A stretch of DNA of 63,636 bases, filler included, from Rhabdomonas costata (GCA_019059605.1; 28 parts of 28 records of this genome joined end to end with filler, not necessarily neighbours in it); one strand, 5' to 3'; shown: positions 22,782-35,287, counted from the whole stretch's first letter. Translations and numbers: made by a program. The notes: generated from the letters alone by a model not told the origin.

Positions 22782-24311
22782 GCCTTTGTGGAGGCCATCT
22801 CCTCCGTGGGTCGGGCGGCCGAGCAGCGGGCTCAGGAACTGGCCCGGGCCGCGGAGCAGGCGCAGGAGCTGATGCGCTCGAAGGAGATGTTCTTTGCGAT
22901 GGTGAGCCACGAGATGCGGACGCCGCTGACGACGTGCATTGGGATGGCTGAGGAATGCGCTGTATTTGTTCCCTTCCACTGGTAACAGTTACCCGTGGCA
23001 ACAATTTTTACTGTGGGAGCATATTTTATTAAGTTGTTAAAGGGCCCCCAGGTCGCGTCCCTGGACTGGCCTTCGCCCCTAAACCAGTGCTTTCTTACTC
23101 GCCCGCCCATATACCAGCCAGTGGACAGCCCTTAGCCAGCAGTAGTTTTCAGCTGCTATGCAAAAAAACAATCATGTGTGGGGCACTGACAAAGCTTACC
23201 TAAACCCCTTACGTAACTAAAGTCCTTTTGAGAGTCTGGCGTACTTAACGCCGCCGCTTTTAGTTAATTTAGCAAAAAAAAAAAAAAAAGCCAGTTTTCT
23301 GTTATCACTACAATGGGAATGCTGGTTGAGATGGTGCAAAGTGTGGATTCATTTCTGCTCGCGTACAGATCCTTTTGGAGACCACCACGCTGGACCCGAA
23401 GCAGCGGGAATGTGTGCGCTCCATCGGCTGCAGCGGAAGTGCGCTGCTTTCCCAGATCAACGACCTGCTGGACGTATGTGGTTATCACCTTCGCTTTGGT
23501 TTGATTGTGGCTGAGTCCGTCATTTGACAGGCCTAGTTTTACGCTTAATTTTACAAGCGTTCTTTTTCTCTGAGATTACACATGTGTCCTGATTCAGTTC
23601 ATGATTTGAGGAAGTGACCTAAATGGTGAGCATAAATTCCTTGTTGCGATGCTGTTGAGTTGAATTCAAGCCCTGCGTTCGGGCACGCGATAAACCGAAC
23701 AAAATTAACGTCGGGAAATGTTCCTGATCAGAAACGCACTGCGTGTGCCCACATGCCCCCTGCAGATGGCCACTGATTACGCCAAAAAAAAAAGAATGGC
23801 GCTACCAAATCACGATCGCGATCGGCCAAATGCTCCAGCCTCGGCTCTCTTCCCCGAGCCCTTCCCACCACCTGTCAGCTGGCCACACTCTTAACAAGGG
23901 ACTGAATCCCAGCGATATCAGTGGTTTTATTTCTTTTCTTAGCGTTACAGACCACCTCTTCCACAGGCTGGATTCAGGCTTAGTTCTAATCGTGGCCAAG
24001 GCCGCCTGAGAAGCAGTTATGGTCCGGAAGCCAGTGATAATTCAGTATGTGCTCACCACAGTTCTCAAAGATTCAGAGCGGGATGCTCGTGCTGACAACC
24101 GCCCGTTTGCCCTGCACGACTGCATCGACCGCACGCTGGAGATCGTGCAGATGAAAGTCGAGGCGAAGGGCCTGGAGCTTGTTCCGTGGATCAGCTCCAC
24201 TGTGCCTCGGATTTGCGTGGGGGACTCTGGTCGACTGCGGCAGATCATACTGAACCTGCTGAGCAACGCGATCAAGGTTCGTGGCCCGGGCAAAAGCTTT
24301 TTCTACTTACA

Positions 24312-24360
<49 letters not shown>

Positions 24361-24945
24361 TTGGGTCTGGTCTTGGGGGGGGGGGCGGCACATGAAAAAA
24401 CGTTTTTTGGCCATTCCGTTGTCTTTCTTGGAAGCATTGGTTTTAGGAACTCATTACTTGCTGGGCTTTAGCCAAAAGGGATAGGATTAGTCTGGGAGCG
24501 AAGGCCAGCCGCCGCGGCGGCTGAAGCCGGCGGCTGAGGTGGGGACGTGGGGACGTTGCCTGGGGGTAAGATTTCAATACTACGTGGTGATACACCTCAA
24601 ACCGAAGCATTTAAACTAGTCTAGGTTGTCCGGGCCCCAGTGGTTCAGTTTTGCCCTTCTTCGTTGAACACCGTGCTCACCATGCGCAGCGTGCAACCGC
24701 GTAATGTAATACTCTTGTTCAGTGTTTTCTTCGCCCTTTAGCGACCTATGCCTTTTCCTCTCCTTGGAAATTTCGGATGCTGTCCAGTTGTGCGGCTACA
24801 GCCCAAAGTGAAGTGAGGCGGTATTTTGCGTTTATTTTTCTTTCTGTTCCTGTATTTCTTTCTTTTGGTACCAGGTATTATCGTCGTCATAATCATATCT
24901 TTCCTGCAGTTTACACAGAGCGGAAAGGTCGTTCTGCGGTGCCAA
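22782..24945 (+). CDS. Sensor histidine kinase (HisKA + start of HATPase), exons 22782-22952, 23369-23473, 24062-24276, 24910-contig end; apparent 1-nt frameshift at ~24094
   Basis: H-box FFAMVSHEMRTPLTTCIGMAE|ILLETTTLDPKQRECVRSIGCSGSALLSQINDLLD|FSKIQSGMLVL(D)NRPFALHDC..., then N-box GDSGRLRQIILNLLSNAIK|FTQSGKVVL. Confidence 0.93.
24309..24357. repeat. (CA)n microsatellite, intronic
   Basis: Direct reading. Similar tracts occur at 51470-51514 (TG), 53058-53157 (CA followed by CAYG units) and 59051-59091. Confidence 0.95.
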
Positions 24946-25517
24946 CCCAACCNNNNNNNNNNNNNNNNNNNNNNNNNNNNNNNNNNNNNNNNNNNNTTAA
25001 TTAATTAANNNNNNNNNNNNNNNNNNNNNNNNNNNNNNNNNNNNNNNNNNNNGGGTTTGTTGATTTTTCACCCCAGTGACCCCATTTTCGACCCTTCTGA
25101 AGGGCTTGTATGTGCTCAAAAAGTCCGTTTTAAGGGCAAAATTACACCAAAAAGACGGGTAAGTCACCTCAAAAACGGCTCAAATTGGCGTAAAAACGGG
25201 TTGCTTCGGTTGCTTTGCGTTTCAAGAAGAGAAGGCTCCTAGCCACCTTGAGCTGGCTTTTGAAGGCTTCCGAAGGAGGATGGAGACCTTAGCAGTGCGA
25301 AGTGAGTCGCGCGGCAAAGGCACGTGACCCGGGGGGAGAAGGGAGTTCACCACATCTGGGACACTCCGCGGTGAGTCAGGATCTCCGCGGCACTATGCGA
25401 TCCGAAGGTACCTCCTGCGAACACCCTTGGCCAACACCGCCCGCACACCGCACACTACGGTCATGTGGCTATTTTTACCGTTGTTGCCCAATCTCTGTCA
25501 ATCTGCCTGCCCCGCAG

Positions 25518-26449
25518 GACCGGGCCTCGGCCAGTGTGACGGGGCTGATCCAAGGCAACCTGAACTTCGCCCTCACCGACACCGTGCTGCCGCGGAGCCT
25601 CCTGCAGGCGCACGACCTGGTGGTGATTCCGACGGTGGTGAACGCCCTGGCGGTGGTGTATAGCCTCTCCGAAGCGCCGGTGGGGGTCAGCTTGGTGCTC
25701 AGCCAGACTGCACTGGTGAGGATCTTTGACGGCCGTGTCTCCTCTTGGGACGACAGCACCCTGGCTTTGCTGAACCCTTTCATTCCAATGCCCGCTGCTC
25801 TGATCACGATCGTTGTCCCGGGCAGGTTTGATGCGTTTCATAGCATGGTATGCTCACTCGCCTGGCTCTTCGCTGCGTGCCTTTCATCGGTCCCTGTGCA
25901 TTATATTTGTAGCCGTTCAGGTTCCGAACAATTGATGTACAATGTCACCTCCATCTCCTGCACAGAAGCTCATACTGCTTTCCTGTGCGCAGGTGGGACC
26001 GATTTGCAAGACCTGCAGAGGCTACGCCGAGCTCCTTTCCCCACACATTTGATAATGATGTCTTTCTCTCAGCGATGATGAGTTCACGCTGGCCTTCAAG
26101 CAGGCTCTGGGACGCTTTGACCCCACATGGGGCGCCACCCAGGACACCACCGACCAGCCCATCTGGCCAGCCGCTGTGAGGCCCAGGCTGATTTTCGCGC
26201 AGTCCTTCGTGCACGCCGCCAGCCTCATGGAGGTGTCCTTTTCTCTTCCTCCGTTTAGGTGGAGATTTCTCACTGACGCAACCCTTTTTTTTTGCTTCAT
26301 TATTATAACCGGTGGGGAGGTGGCCTTTGGTGGTGGTGGTGAGATGGGAGCGTTGGGTGGGTTGCACAGACGATGGATCACGTTATCAGCTTCATCCCTT
26401 TCTCGGGTGCGGGCCTGTTGAATGTCGCCTCTCTCGAGGACAAGACCGG
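25518..26449 (+). CDS. Protein with a PstS-like (periplasmic phosphate-binding fold) domain, exons 25518-25825, 26073-26232, 26370-~26449
   Basis: GNLNFALTDTVL...LVVIPTVVNALAVVYSL...LVLSQTALVRIFDGRVSSWDDSTLALLNPFIPMPAALITIVV follows the PstS pattern DFGASD.PL...IPT..G.V...YN....L.L....LA.IF.G.I..W.D..I..LNP...LP...I.VV. Exon phases match (2, 0). Confidence 0.75.
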
Positions 26450-27446
26450 GTCGCTGCCCCTCAACCCCTTTCTCTCTGTTTCTCTTTCGTCACTCCAGCA
26501 GCGCATGAGTTCAGCAGCGGTGCGGTTGGGTAATCAAATGTTTGCTATACTTGTGGGGGGGGGTGCATGTGCGCTTGCCTTACTTGCTTTAGCTTTAAGT
26601 TCTCCCTCCCACCTTACTCACCCACCTGTAATGTCCTTCCATTAGCATCAGTATCACCCTCCGCAACCCTGGACCAGTCCACCTGCATGCTCATTTTTCT
26701 GTTCCTACCTCGCCTCAGCCCGTGCACTTACAACCGCAGCACACTATCAGAGAGACACGTACAAAGCCCACACAAGCACGCCCACCCCCCTGCCAACCTC
26801 CTTCTCCTATGCCGACACGTGCACATCCCCAATCCACTCCTTTTCTTATCTTTTGTACCGCTCTTCTTTGTGGAGGACTCTTGACGCTGGACATTGATCC
26901 TGTTTGTTAGGTTGCCGTTTGTTTTCTTTTCATTGTTTTTTTTTGTAATTGCGTGCACTCGGACGCATGGAAGGTATAGTGCTGTGGGGTTTACAGGCTG
27001 CAAGTTCAGCCCACAGATTCCTCTGTTGGCCTGGCTACTGCTGGAGTTCCTTTCGAAGACTCCTTTCAGACAGGTGTGCACCTGTGGGGAAACTTTGCTC
27101 TGTAAAGGGAACGGGTGCAGCAAGTTGTTAGTGGGTCAGCGAGGCAATGGGAGCGAGTCATGGGCTCCGTTTTCTGGGAACGTTGGGCACTTGGAAATCG
27201 AGCATGCGGCACATTGCAAACCCAACNNNNNNNNNNNNNNNNNNNNNNNNNNNNNNNNNNNNNNNNNNNNTTAATTAATTAANNNNNNNNNNNNNNNNNN
27301 NNNNNNNNNNNNNNNNNNNNNNNNNNGTTGTGGTGGTTGCTTGGGATGTAGAATCTTCATTCCGCTGTGCTGGTTCTTCACCGCTATCACCATTAATCGG
27401 ACTTTTTGGATCCCCCCATCTTTAATGTTGCCTTGGGCAAACGCAG

Positions 27447-29280
27447 GTTGTGCGAATCTTCAACACTTACGGGCCTCGGATGCATCCCCACGATGGGCGC
27501 GTGGTGAGCAACTTCATCATTCAGGCCCTCAAGAACGAGGTGAGCGCAAATGAGTGAAGATTAAGAGAGAGTGAGAGATTAAGAGAACCTGTCTTCTTGG
27601 ACCTCACCATCCTCCTCTCTTGCGCCACGTTTTTTCTGATTCACTCCTGTGAAGGTGCTTCTGGTTTTTTATTTAGGATATTACCATCTACGGCGATGGC
27701 TCCCAAACTCGGAGCTTCTGTTACGTGGACGACCTGATTCGGGTTTTGCCCCCGCTCCCACCCCTTTGGAACCCAACAAGATCTGGAAAAAACGTCTCTC
27801 GTTCCCTTTCTCTGTGTCTTCTGAAGTGCACGATTAGCTTCTGAACACTAAATAAAAGGTGATGCACCATGTCGGCGAAGAAAAATGCGGAAATTTCAGT
27901 CGCCTAACGGCACTCCCACCCTCCCTTCCCCATTATCGGTTTCTTCGTGCCCGCTCTTCCTGTGCCCTTCTACAGACATTTTTCTGTGACATTCCGTTGA
28001 TCCCTTTTTGGTTCCGTTTGCTTCCCACTGTAGGTGTTTTCTGCTTTTTCCTTTTGCTTCCCGCTTCACTCGCTTGCAAAGAACACTGTTGGTAACCTGC
28101 GTATCAGTGTAGTAATTCCAAACGATGGCATCATAACAGACGCGCAAGACATGTATGTCCCGTTTGCCCAACGCCACACTAGTTCCCCTCTAAGGTGGGA
28201 AGGGGGGGTTCAGTTTTCCCATGCGCTGCTCTTCTGTACTGTTTTTTTTTTCCGCAGGCAGCTTTCGTTTTAAGCGCTGCCGTCCCATCGTGTGTGTGTG
28301 GGGCTCTCGCACCAGCTTTCTCTTCTGTGCCCTTCTTCTTCCGAAAACTCTGATTCCTATTGTCTTCAGGGGATTCTGCTGATGATGGAGGACAATACCA
28401 CCACTGGGCCTGTCAACCTGGGCAACCCCGGGGAGTTCACAATCCGCCAGCTGGCGCAGCTGGTAATCCAGCTCACGGGGAGCTCCAGCCGGTTGGTGTT
28501 CCTGCCCCTGCCCCGGGACGACCCCTTGCAGCGCAAGCCAGACATCACCCTTGCCAAGTCGGTGCTACACTGGGAGCCCACGGCATGTGCTCCACACCCC
28601 GCACTGTTGCGGTGGGGCGAGGGAGATTCAAGGGCTCAATTGGATTGATTCATGAGCGGCAGCTGTGGTCTCCTTTGCGCTGCCTGTTGGTCCCTGGCGC
28701 AGTTTTTGTTGAGGGGGGGGGGTTATGCACTTTTTTGGACAAGGTTCGAGGGCGACGTTTTTGATGAGGTGCGGAATAACAAAGAATTGTTACTTACAAA
28801 GTAATTGCGTGCTGTAATTGTTAACCTGCGGTTAACCTCAACTACCTCTTTAAGATTATTTAGATTTCAACGCTTTTGGGGGGCGGCGTCAGGTTCCCTC
28901 ACTTTCTCAATCGAAACCTTCATAACTTACAATATTTTGGTGGGTGGTGAGATGTATCATTGGTCGTGGACTTTCGGACGCATCCGTAGGAACCTTACCT
29001 CTCAACACAGCAGTAGTTCAGGTCCGTTGAGCTGGGCGAGCAGGCAAAGGAAAACTCTCTTTCCTTTCGGAAGAAGGAGCGTCTCCCTCTCTGACCTGGT
29101 TCCGTGCAGATTGAGCTGCGCGAGGGGTTGCTGCGGACGATCGAGTACTTCCGCGGGATTGACGTGCGGAGGTTCCGCCGCCCCACCGACCACACCGCGC
29201 ACCGCAACACGGAGCAGGAAGAGCAGGCCCAGAAGTCCCAGCAGCAGCACCGTGGCCAGCTCCCGTCGCCTCCCCCGGCC
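27447..29280 (+). CDS. UXS1: UDP-glucuronate decarboxylase (UDP-xylose synthase), C-terminal part; exons 27447-27539, 27677-27742, 28370-28582, 29110-~29280
   Basis: [78 protein letters not shown]...[40 protein letters not shown]. The third intron is GC-AG. Confidence 0.96.
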
Positions 29281-30637
29281 TCTCCCCCCTCTTTCTTTCC
29301 TTTCTCCCCCCTTTCCCTTTTCCCTCCTTTTGGTCCTCCTCTTCCGCCCCTCCCCTCCTTTCCCTTCCCCCCCCCCCTCTTTCTTCCCTCCCCCTCTCCT
29401 TCTTTCCTTTCTCCTTCCCCCTTCCCTTTCTTCTTTCTTTTTCCTCCCTCTTCCCTTTTTCCCCTTTCCCTTTTTTTCCTTTTTCCTCTCCCCCTTCTNN
29501 NNNNNNNNNNNNNNNNNNNNNNNNNNNNNNNNNNNNNNNNNNTTAATTAATTAANNNNNNNNNNNNNNNNNNNNNNNNNNNNNNNNNNNNNNNNNNNNGT
29601 TGTGGTTGTGGAAGGTACCAAGCGCTCCACCAGCGATGGGAGTTATGAAAGATTCCACCCTAGATGGATCAAAAATGTAACGCGTATCTATGGTATTACA
29701 TACGTAACTACAGGTATATCAACCGTCACATCATCCTGTGGCGGTGGGGTCTCACGCAAAACTGTGACAAAATGAGATTTAGATAGAGGGTCCATGCAGT
29801 TGCTGATTGGCAGTGTGGTATGAGAATGCCATTGACAGAAGAGCGTGCTTGACATAATGTCCGTTCGCGCGTGGTGGCTTCAGTATCTGCGGATGGGCGG
29901 CAGTGGTGACTCTGTAAACAGAATTTCTTTCGGTGACCGAGTGGTTGTGGACAAAAATTGGGACGCACGGACAGACAAACCCAATTTAATTAGCTTATCA
30001 TAAGTGCAGATCAATAACATAGCTCCGACCCAAACGGAAGGAGGTTGCTTAGGGAGCGTAACGCAGTCAAGTCCTAGACGCATCTCACCTCCTAACAAGT
30101 GTCCAGAGTGGCACTATGCAAAAATGGCCCTTTTGTAAACCCACTGCAGCTGGGGAATAAGATTTTCAAAAAGACGGGAAAAAAAACGCAGTTGCCTGAC
30201 TGGCGCCAACTCCCGCCCTACAGGCGCACACCTCAGGGGGATCGTCGGAGTCCTCGGTCCCATCCCCTTTGCCACCATCAAGGGCTCTCTTTATCAAGAA
30301 CGGCGCGGGAATGACCAGCTTTCGCCCCGTGGAGATGCTGCAAGGGCACAAACAAATTTGAACGAGAAAGAACGCCTATTGCACAGCACGCGACCTGAAC
30401 GGAACCGAATTTGGGACGCGAGAGAGAACAACACAATTGAACAGCTTTTGAAAGTCGACGTGCTGAGATGGCATTATCTTATTTTTAGGAAAGATGAACC
30501 AAGGGTCATGGGTTTATGGGCCATCAGAAAAGACTAATGGGTCCAGCAGGTGATCAGGTGATGAGGTGATTCGGAAGAGGATTCCCAACCCCAAGTTCTT
30601 AAAAACCCTTTTCAAACGATCGCTCAACGCCGTCAAA

Positions 30638-31375
30638 CCTTCACCCCTCGCAAAATGCCATTCTTCAGAGACTGTCCTGGGCGAAACCCAGAAAGCGAAT
30701 GGCACACACGGAAGCGAGAGCTCGTCGGCCCCGTTGGGAGGCTGCGGCTTCTTGAACTCGCGGTGGTGATAATACACTCTGCAGACACCCCAACATTCCC
30801 ACACCCACCACACACACCTAGGCGAAGGAAAACAGTAACCTTGAGGCCCCTCGCGCTCTCAGCAGGAACTGCTGGCTTGCTCCCGGTAAAAGGATGAGAG
30901 ATTAACAGGACTGTACGCTTGTAGGGTCGGGCTCAAAACCGTTTCGCAAAAGTGAGAGGTGGAAAAAGTTATCAAAGAAGGAGACATTTGGGAACTTTGG
31001 GGAAGTTCTTCGTTTTTACTCACTTTCTGCGAACGTTTACTGATGAATTTGCGTGGGTGAAAGGCAGTATTCAATCAGTGCAACGGGTACACGGACGTGC
31101 CTACATTGCGTCGCGCCAAGAATGGCACTTTGGATTTCACCATTAACTGTCCGTTGCAGTGGAAGGGCATCCCCACTTCGATCTCGCCACTCCGTGGGAA
31201 TCACTAAATACCTCTCCTCAGTCATGATGACTACGGAGGAAGAGCGGGTGCCGTAAGTCGGCAGCTGCTTAGAGGCCACAAAGCTAGGGCTGAGCAGCAG
31301 CTCCAGCTCATCGCAGGGAATGCTCAAGATGCTCTGCCCCTGGTAGGGCTTGGTGTTGCCCAGGACTCGAAAAAG
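30638..31375 (-). CDS. TANGO2/NRDE-family protein, C-terminal exons (31375-31212; 30778-~30638)
   Basis: LFRVLGNTKPY...ELELLLSPSFVASKQLPTYGTRSSSVVIMTEER|VYYHHREF. YGTRSS.VV is the NRDE/TANGO2 C-terminal motif; the phase-2 splice is in frame. Confidence 0.75.
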
Positions 31376-32335
31376 CTGTAGAGATCCGGAAGCAGAGTCA
31401 GTCACCGACCAAAGAATGAATGGGTCTTCATTAATGAGACGAAAAAACCGAAAGGGCTCCGGACTTCCCATCTGCTCGAAAGTCATCTGAACGCAATGGC
31501 AATGTGGAGGGAGGAGGGCAACATCAAACTATTTTCCTCGGCTCGGATGCAACGACTGACAAGCGATGTTGTTTCGGGAGTTTATTGAGGCCACACCCGT
31601 CATAGCATGATGGTGTGGCAGTCCTAAAGCTGCAGTGAAACATCCAAAGCAAATGTGTAATGCGCTATCTGCGAGAAGGGGTCTGGTATCAAAACCAAAC
31701 GTTTTCTTCGAAAACTTCTGTTTTTCCGCGCCCGCGGGCACAGGAAAAGGCAATAACACAAAAACCAACAAANNNNNNNNNNNNNNNNNNNNNNNNNNNN
31801 NNNNNNNNNNNNNNNNTTAATTAATTAANNNNNNNNNNNNNNNNNNNNNNNNNNNNNNNNNNNNNNNNNNNNGTTTTTGTGGCACTTTTTGGTCTTGTTT
31901 AGCCAGCCCCTGTTGAACGCTGATCAGCTTCGGGGTTAACGGTATCACACCCTTTGACGGTTTGGCGCAAATAGGTAGAGGCCCAAAGTAGGGGCTACAA
32001 TTACGTTGTCATGGACATTTACATTCGAGCACAAGGAGGGGGGAGAAGCCATTAACTAACTATAAACGACAAGAATTATAGTAACGCATCATGATCAGCG
32101 TTCAACAGGGGCTGGCTAAACAAGACCAAAAAGTGCTACAAAAATTCAATTCTGCCAATCTGCTGTCCAGCAGCCATTCCAGTGCGTATGATGATTTGCA
32201 AGATCAGGCACAATGGTGAGTATCACAGTGAGTGGGCATTTCACTTCACAAGAGTTTGGGTTAGAGGCAAGGCTTTGTTGCACGAAAGGCTGAGGCTTTC
32301 ACGAATAAAAATTGCGCATTGGTGATGGTGGGTAC

Positions 32336-32773
32336 CTCCATGAAGTCGGGCAGCAGCAACGTCAGGTTCATTGCCGTGGCAATCTCCAGGGCGTTCAGCA
32401 GGGTAATCAGCTGGTTGTTGTGCCCCCCAAAGTCGTTCCGGAACCGCAGCAGCCGGTTCCTTGGGCAGTGCGGGGGCAACGGAGCCCGAAACCGCCGGTG
32501 CACCACCCCCGAGGCAGAAGCGGTGCCATTGCCAGTGCCGAGAACTTCCACAGCAGCGCAGCACTGCCACCACGGGCTTGCAAACGTTGCAGCTGCAGCC
32601 ACCACGCAAAGAGAGCCTTCTGTCCGCCCAAGGCTTCCGTCTCGAGGAATCCGCCACAGCGTCAGAAGAAGGGTGAGCCACAGCGCCACAACGGCCCAGT
32701 AGGAAAGGTCCACAGGGGGCGCGTAGGGGGGAGAAGAAAAGCGAGAAAGCGCGGTGGTCGGGACCTCGGCCAT
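32336..32773 (-). CDS. Type II membrane glycosyltransferase, O-fucosyltransferase-like, first exon
   Basis: N-terminal TM segment (YWAVVALWLTLLLTLW), then FGGHNNQLITLLNALEIATAMNLTLLLP, matching the O-FucT motif GG.NNQ......A...A...N.TLVLP. GT donor at 32335. Confidence 0.7.
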
Positions 32774-34996
32774 CTCCAACCATCACGGCCTTTCTCTCAC
32801 ACGTATACCCAGGCTTAAAAAATACGTAAGGCCGCGTCACACAGAAACAAAAACGTGGTCCACCACTCTAAATCCGTTCTAAGCAAGACAGACGCTGAGA
32901 AACGAGGGGTGCATACGTGTCAAATTGATGAAGTGAGCTGCTTCACTAAATCTAATTGACAATCACGGCACGTGGGCCTCACGCAAGCTTCAGATAGCCT
33001 CACAAGGCTTTTACCCTTGCAAAGCAACAAGTGCTTTGGTTTCAGGGGGTGAGTTAATCGGCACCGTTTGTAAAGGTTCTTGGTAACCAGAGGTATGTTC
33101 TCCTTTTTTCCTTCCAAAAAAGCGTGGTGTTGGGTATTTCTTTTTCGGGTGAGTGAAGGAGTGTCGCCAAGAGGGTGTCGCCAATTAGTTGGGTTGTTCT
33201 GTTTCTCGTACCGTACAGTACTCGTACCCCCAGAAGTTTACATGTGACTCCAGGCTTCCCCTCAACCTAACTTGACTGCCAACGAAGATAAGGTACAGGT
33301 TGGAATGGTGGCTGGCAACGAACGAAATATTCGGCACTCCTACTGCAGAGAACCTTTGTTCCCTTTATGTCTCCTTCTTGAGGATGATCACTATTTATGA
33401 TGTCTTGGAGCTCTGCAGTGATGATTGGAAGCTTCGGGAGTGGCAAAAAGGGCTGTGGAGTTCCCAAGGAGCCTCCACGTAAGTGCTCAAAGACAAAGGG
33501 GGTTAGGGAGCGATGCAGCTGTCCCCGAAAAAAAGGTTCACTGCGGTAGGTATGCCAAATATTCTTACCTGGGTCGGAGCGGATAAAAAAGATCCGAACC
33601 CCACCCCACGGTAACTTTCTTGGTGGACTCACTTCTGAAAGTGCATGGAAAATTAAATCTATTAGGCAGAACATCCACAGCTGCTTTACGTCTGCCCACA
33701 AAAGCGACCCTGAATGCACCAGCAATCTGAATAACACACACATGCAAGTCCACAACTGGTTGCTGAAAGTTGCTGAAAGCAAAAACGTGGGCACCACACA
33801 AAACTCACACTCTGATCTTTCCCCCGTTAGCGCCTCTAACTCTAAGTCTGAGCCCGCGCAACCTCTCAAACATTCCAACAGGCTCCTGCTGGTTCTCTCT
33901 CTCCACCACTACACCGCTGGAGGCTCGTTCAGTCAATGTAGCAGGCAGCTGCTCACACAATGCACTTGCAGCTCTGGGCGTCGGGTCGTTGCAGCACATA
34001 CATGCCACTCGAGGGGCCCCTCGACGAGCCCTCCAATAGGCTGGCGNNNNNNNNNNNNNNNNNNNNNNNNNNNNNNNNNNNNNNNNNNNNTTAATTAATT
34101 AANNNNNNNNNNNNNNNNNNNNNNNNNNNNNNNNNNNNNNNNNNNNGTGGTGGGTGTGTTTGGGGGTTTGTGGAGAGGGTAATCAGAAAGCAGTGAGGGT
34201 CTTTTTATACCTTCTTCGACTTTTCGGGATGAAGCTTGTTGTTTTCTCCTTTCCTCCTTTCCGTAAAAGAAAACGGAAATGCACTACAGCGATGTTGCCC
34301 AGTTTTTGGTTTCCTCCTCGAAGTCTTCTGGTTGTTTTTGAGCAGCTTGCAGTATTGTGATGTCCGACGCTTTCTTTGTGCAGCACCGTTGTGCCCTCCT
34401 GATGTCAGGCGAGTGTGCCTGCGCTGCGGCGGACTTCAGTGTGGGACAGAAAGGTGCCTTATTGATCGGCTGTGGAGGTTTGCGTGCACTGGTGCTCGCT
34501 TTGCAGCGTCCTGTTCTCCAATTCCTCGCTCCCATGTTTTCATGTTTCCTTTCCTTTCACTTTCAGGCGCGTGGGGTGGACCACCTGACTTAATGGCGGC
34601 TTTGCATCAATGATACTGTGCACTATGCTGTATTTGTATTGCTTTACCGAAGGACGTGCATCAGGAATGCAATGGCAGTTGCAGTTGCTTTGCTGGCCTG
34701 CCTTTTGGGAGCACCTGCCTTTTGGGAGTGTAGTCAAAGAAAAGCTCGTGTGTTTCTAATTCAGCGGAAATGTCCAGTTGGTTGAGAACGTCGCTCCTTC
34801 TGTAGCGTGCGTTGCTGTCCTTTCAACCGTATCGTTTCTGGTATTGAGCATTGTTGTGACTGACGCACGCTTATGATATGAGACTCCTGTTCGCCTCAGT
34901 CCTTTCTATTCTAAGTACCTTTTTTTTTTGCGAATTTTTTTTGGTCAAACTAATTTTTTTTGGTGGAGGGGAGTCCGCGCTGGGGCCTCAACACAG

Positions 34997-35287
34997 ATGG
35001 CATCCCCTGATGCTTCCCTCCGCGCTGAACTGGACCAGCTCAAGGCGGAAACGGCCGCGCGACAGCAGCGGCTCTCCTCTGGAGATGGTCCCTCCCGCAC
35101 CACTGCCACGAGGGGGCCGTTCCGGTGGTCCCAAGCTTCCCACACCTGGGGCTCCGGTTTGAACCCTAGGGGCTCCGACACCCAACTCGCTGACCAGGCC
35201 ACCGCTGCCTCGTCAACGGGATCGGGCTCAGGCGCGTTGGTGGCGGAGGCGGGGAATCACCCCCGGGCCCGGGGAGGCGCTGGAAAG
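34997..35287 (+). CDS. Hypothetical protein exon
   Basis: GC-rich open segment MASPDASLRAELDQLKAETAARQQRLSSGDG... between cag and a gtgcgt donor. No recognisable domain. Confidence 0.4.

Noticed and set aside
22782..26449. Histidine kinase next to a PstS-like gene, resembling a Pho-type signalling cluster
   Set aside because: The two genes are on different contigs separated by an artificial spacer, so adjacency is meaningless.
29281..29498. Pro/Phe-rich C-terminal extension of UXS
   Set aside because: It is an almost pure C/T low-complexity tract at a contig end, more likely intronic or artefactual than coding.
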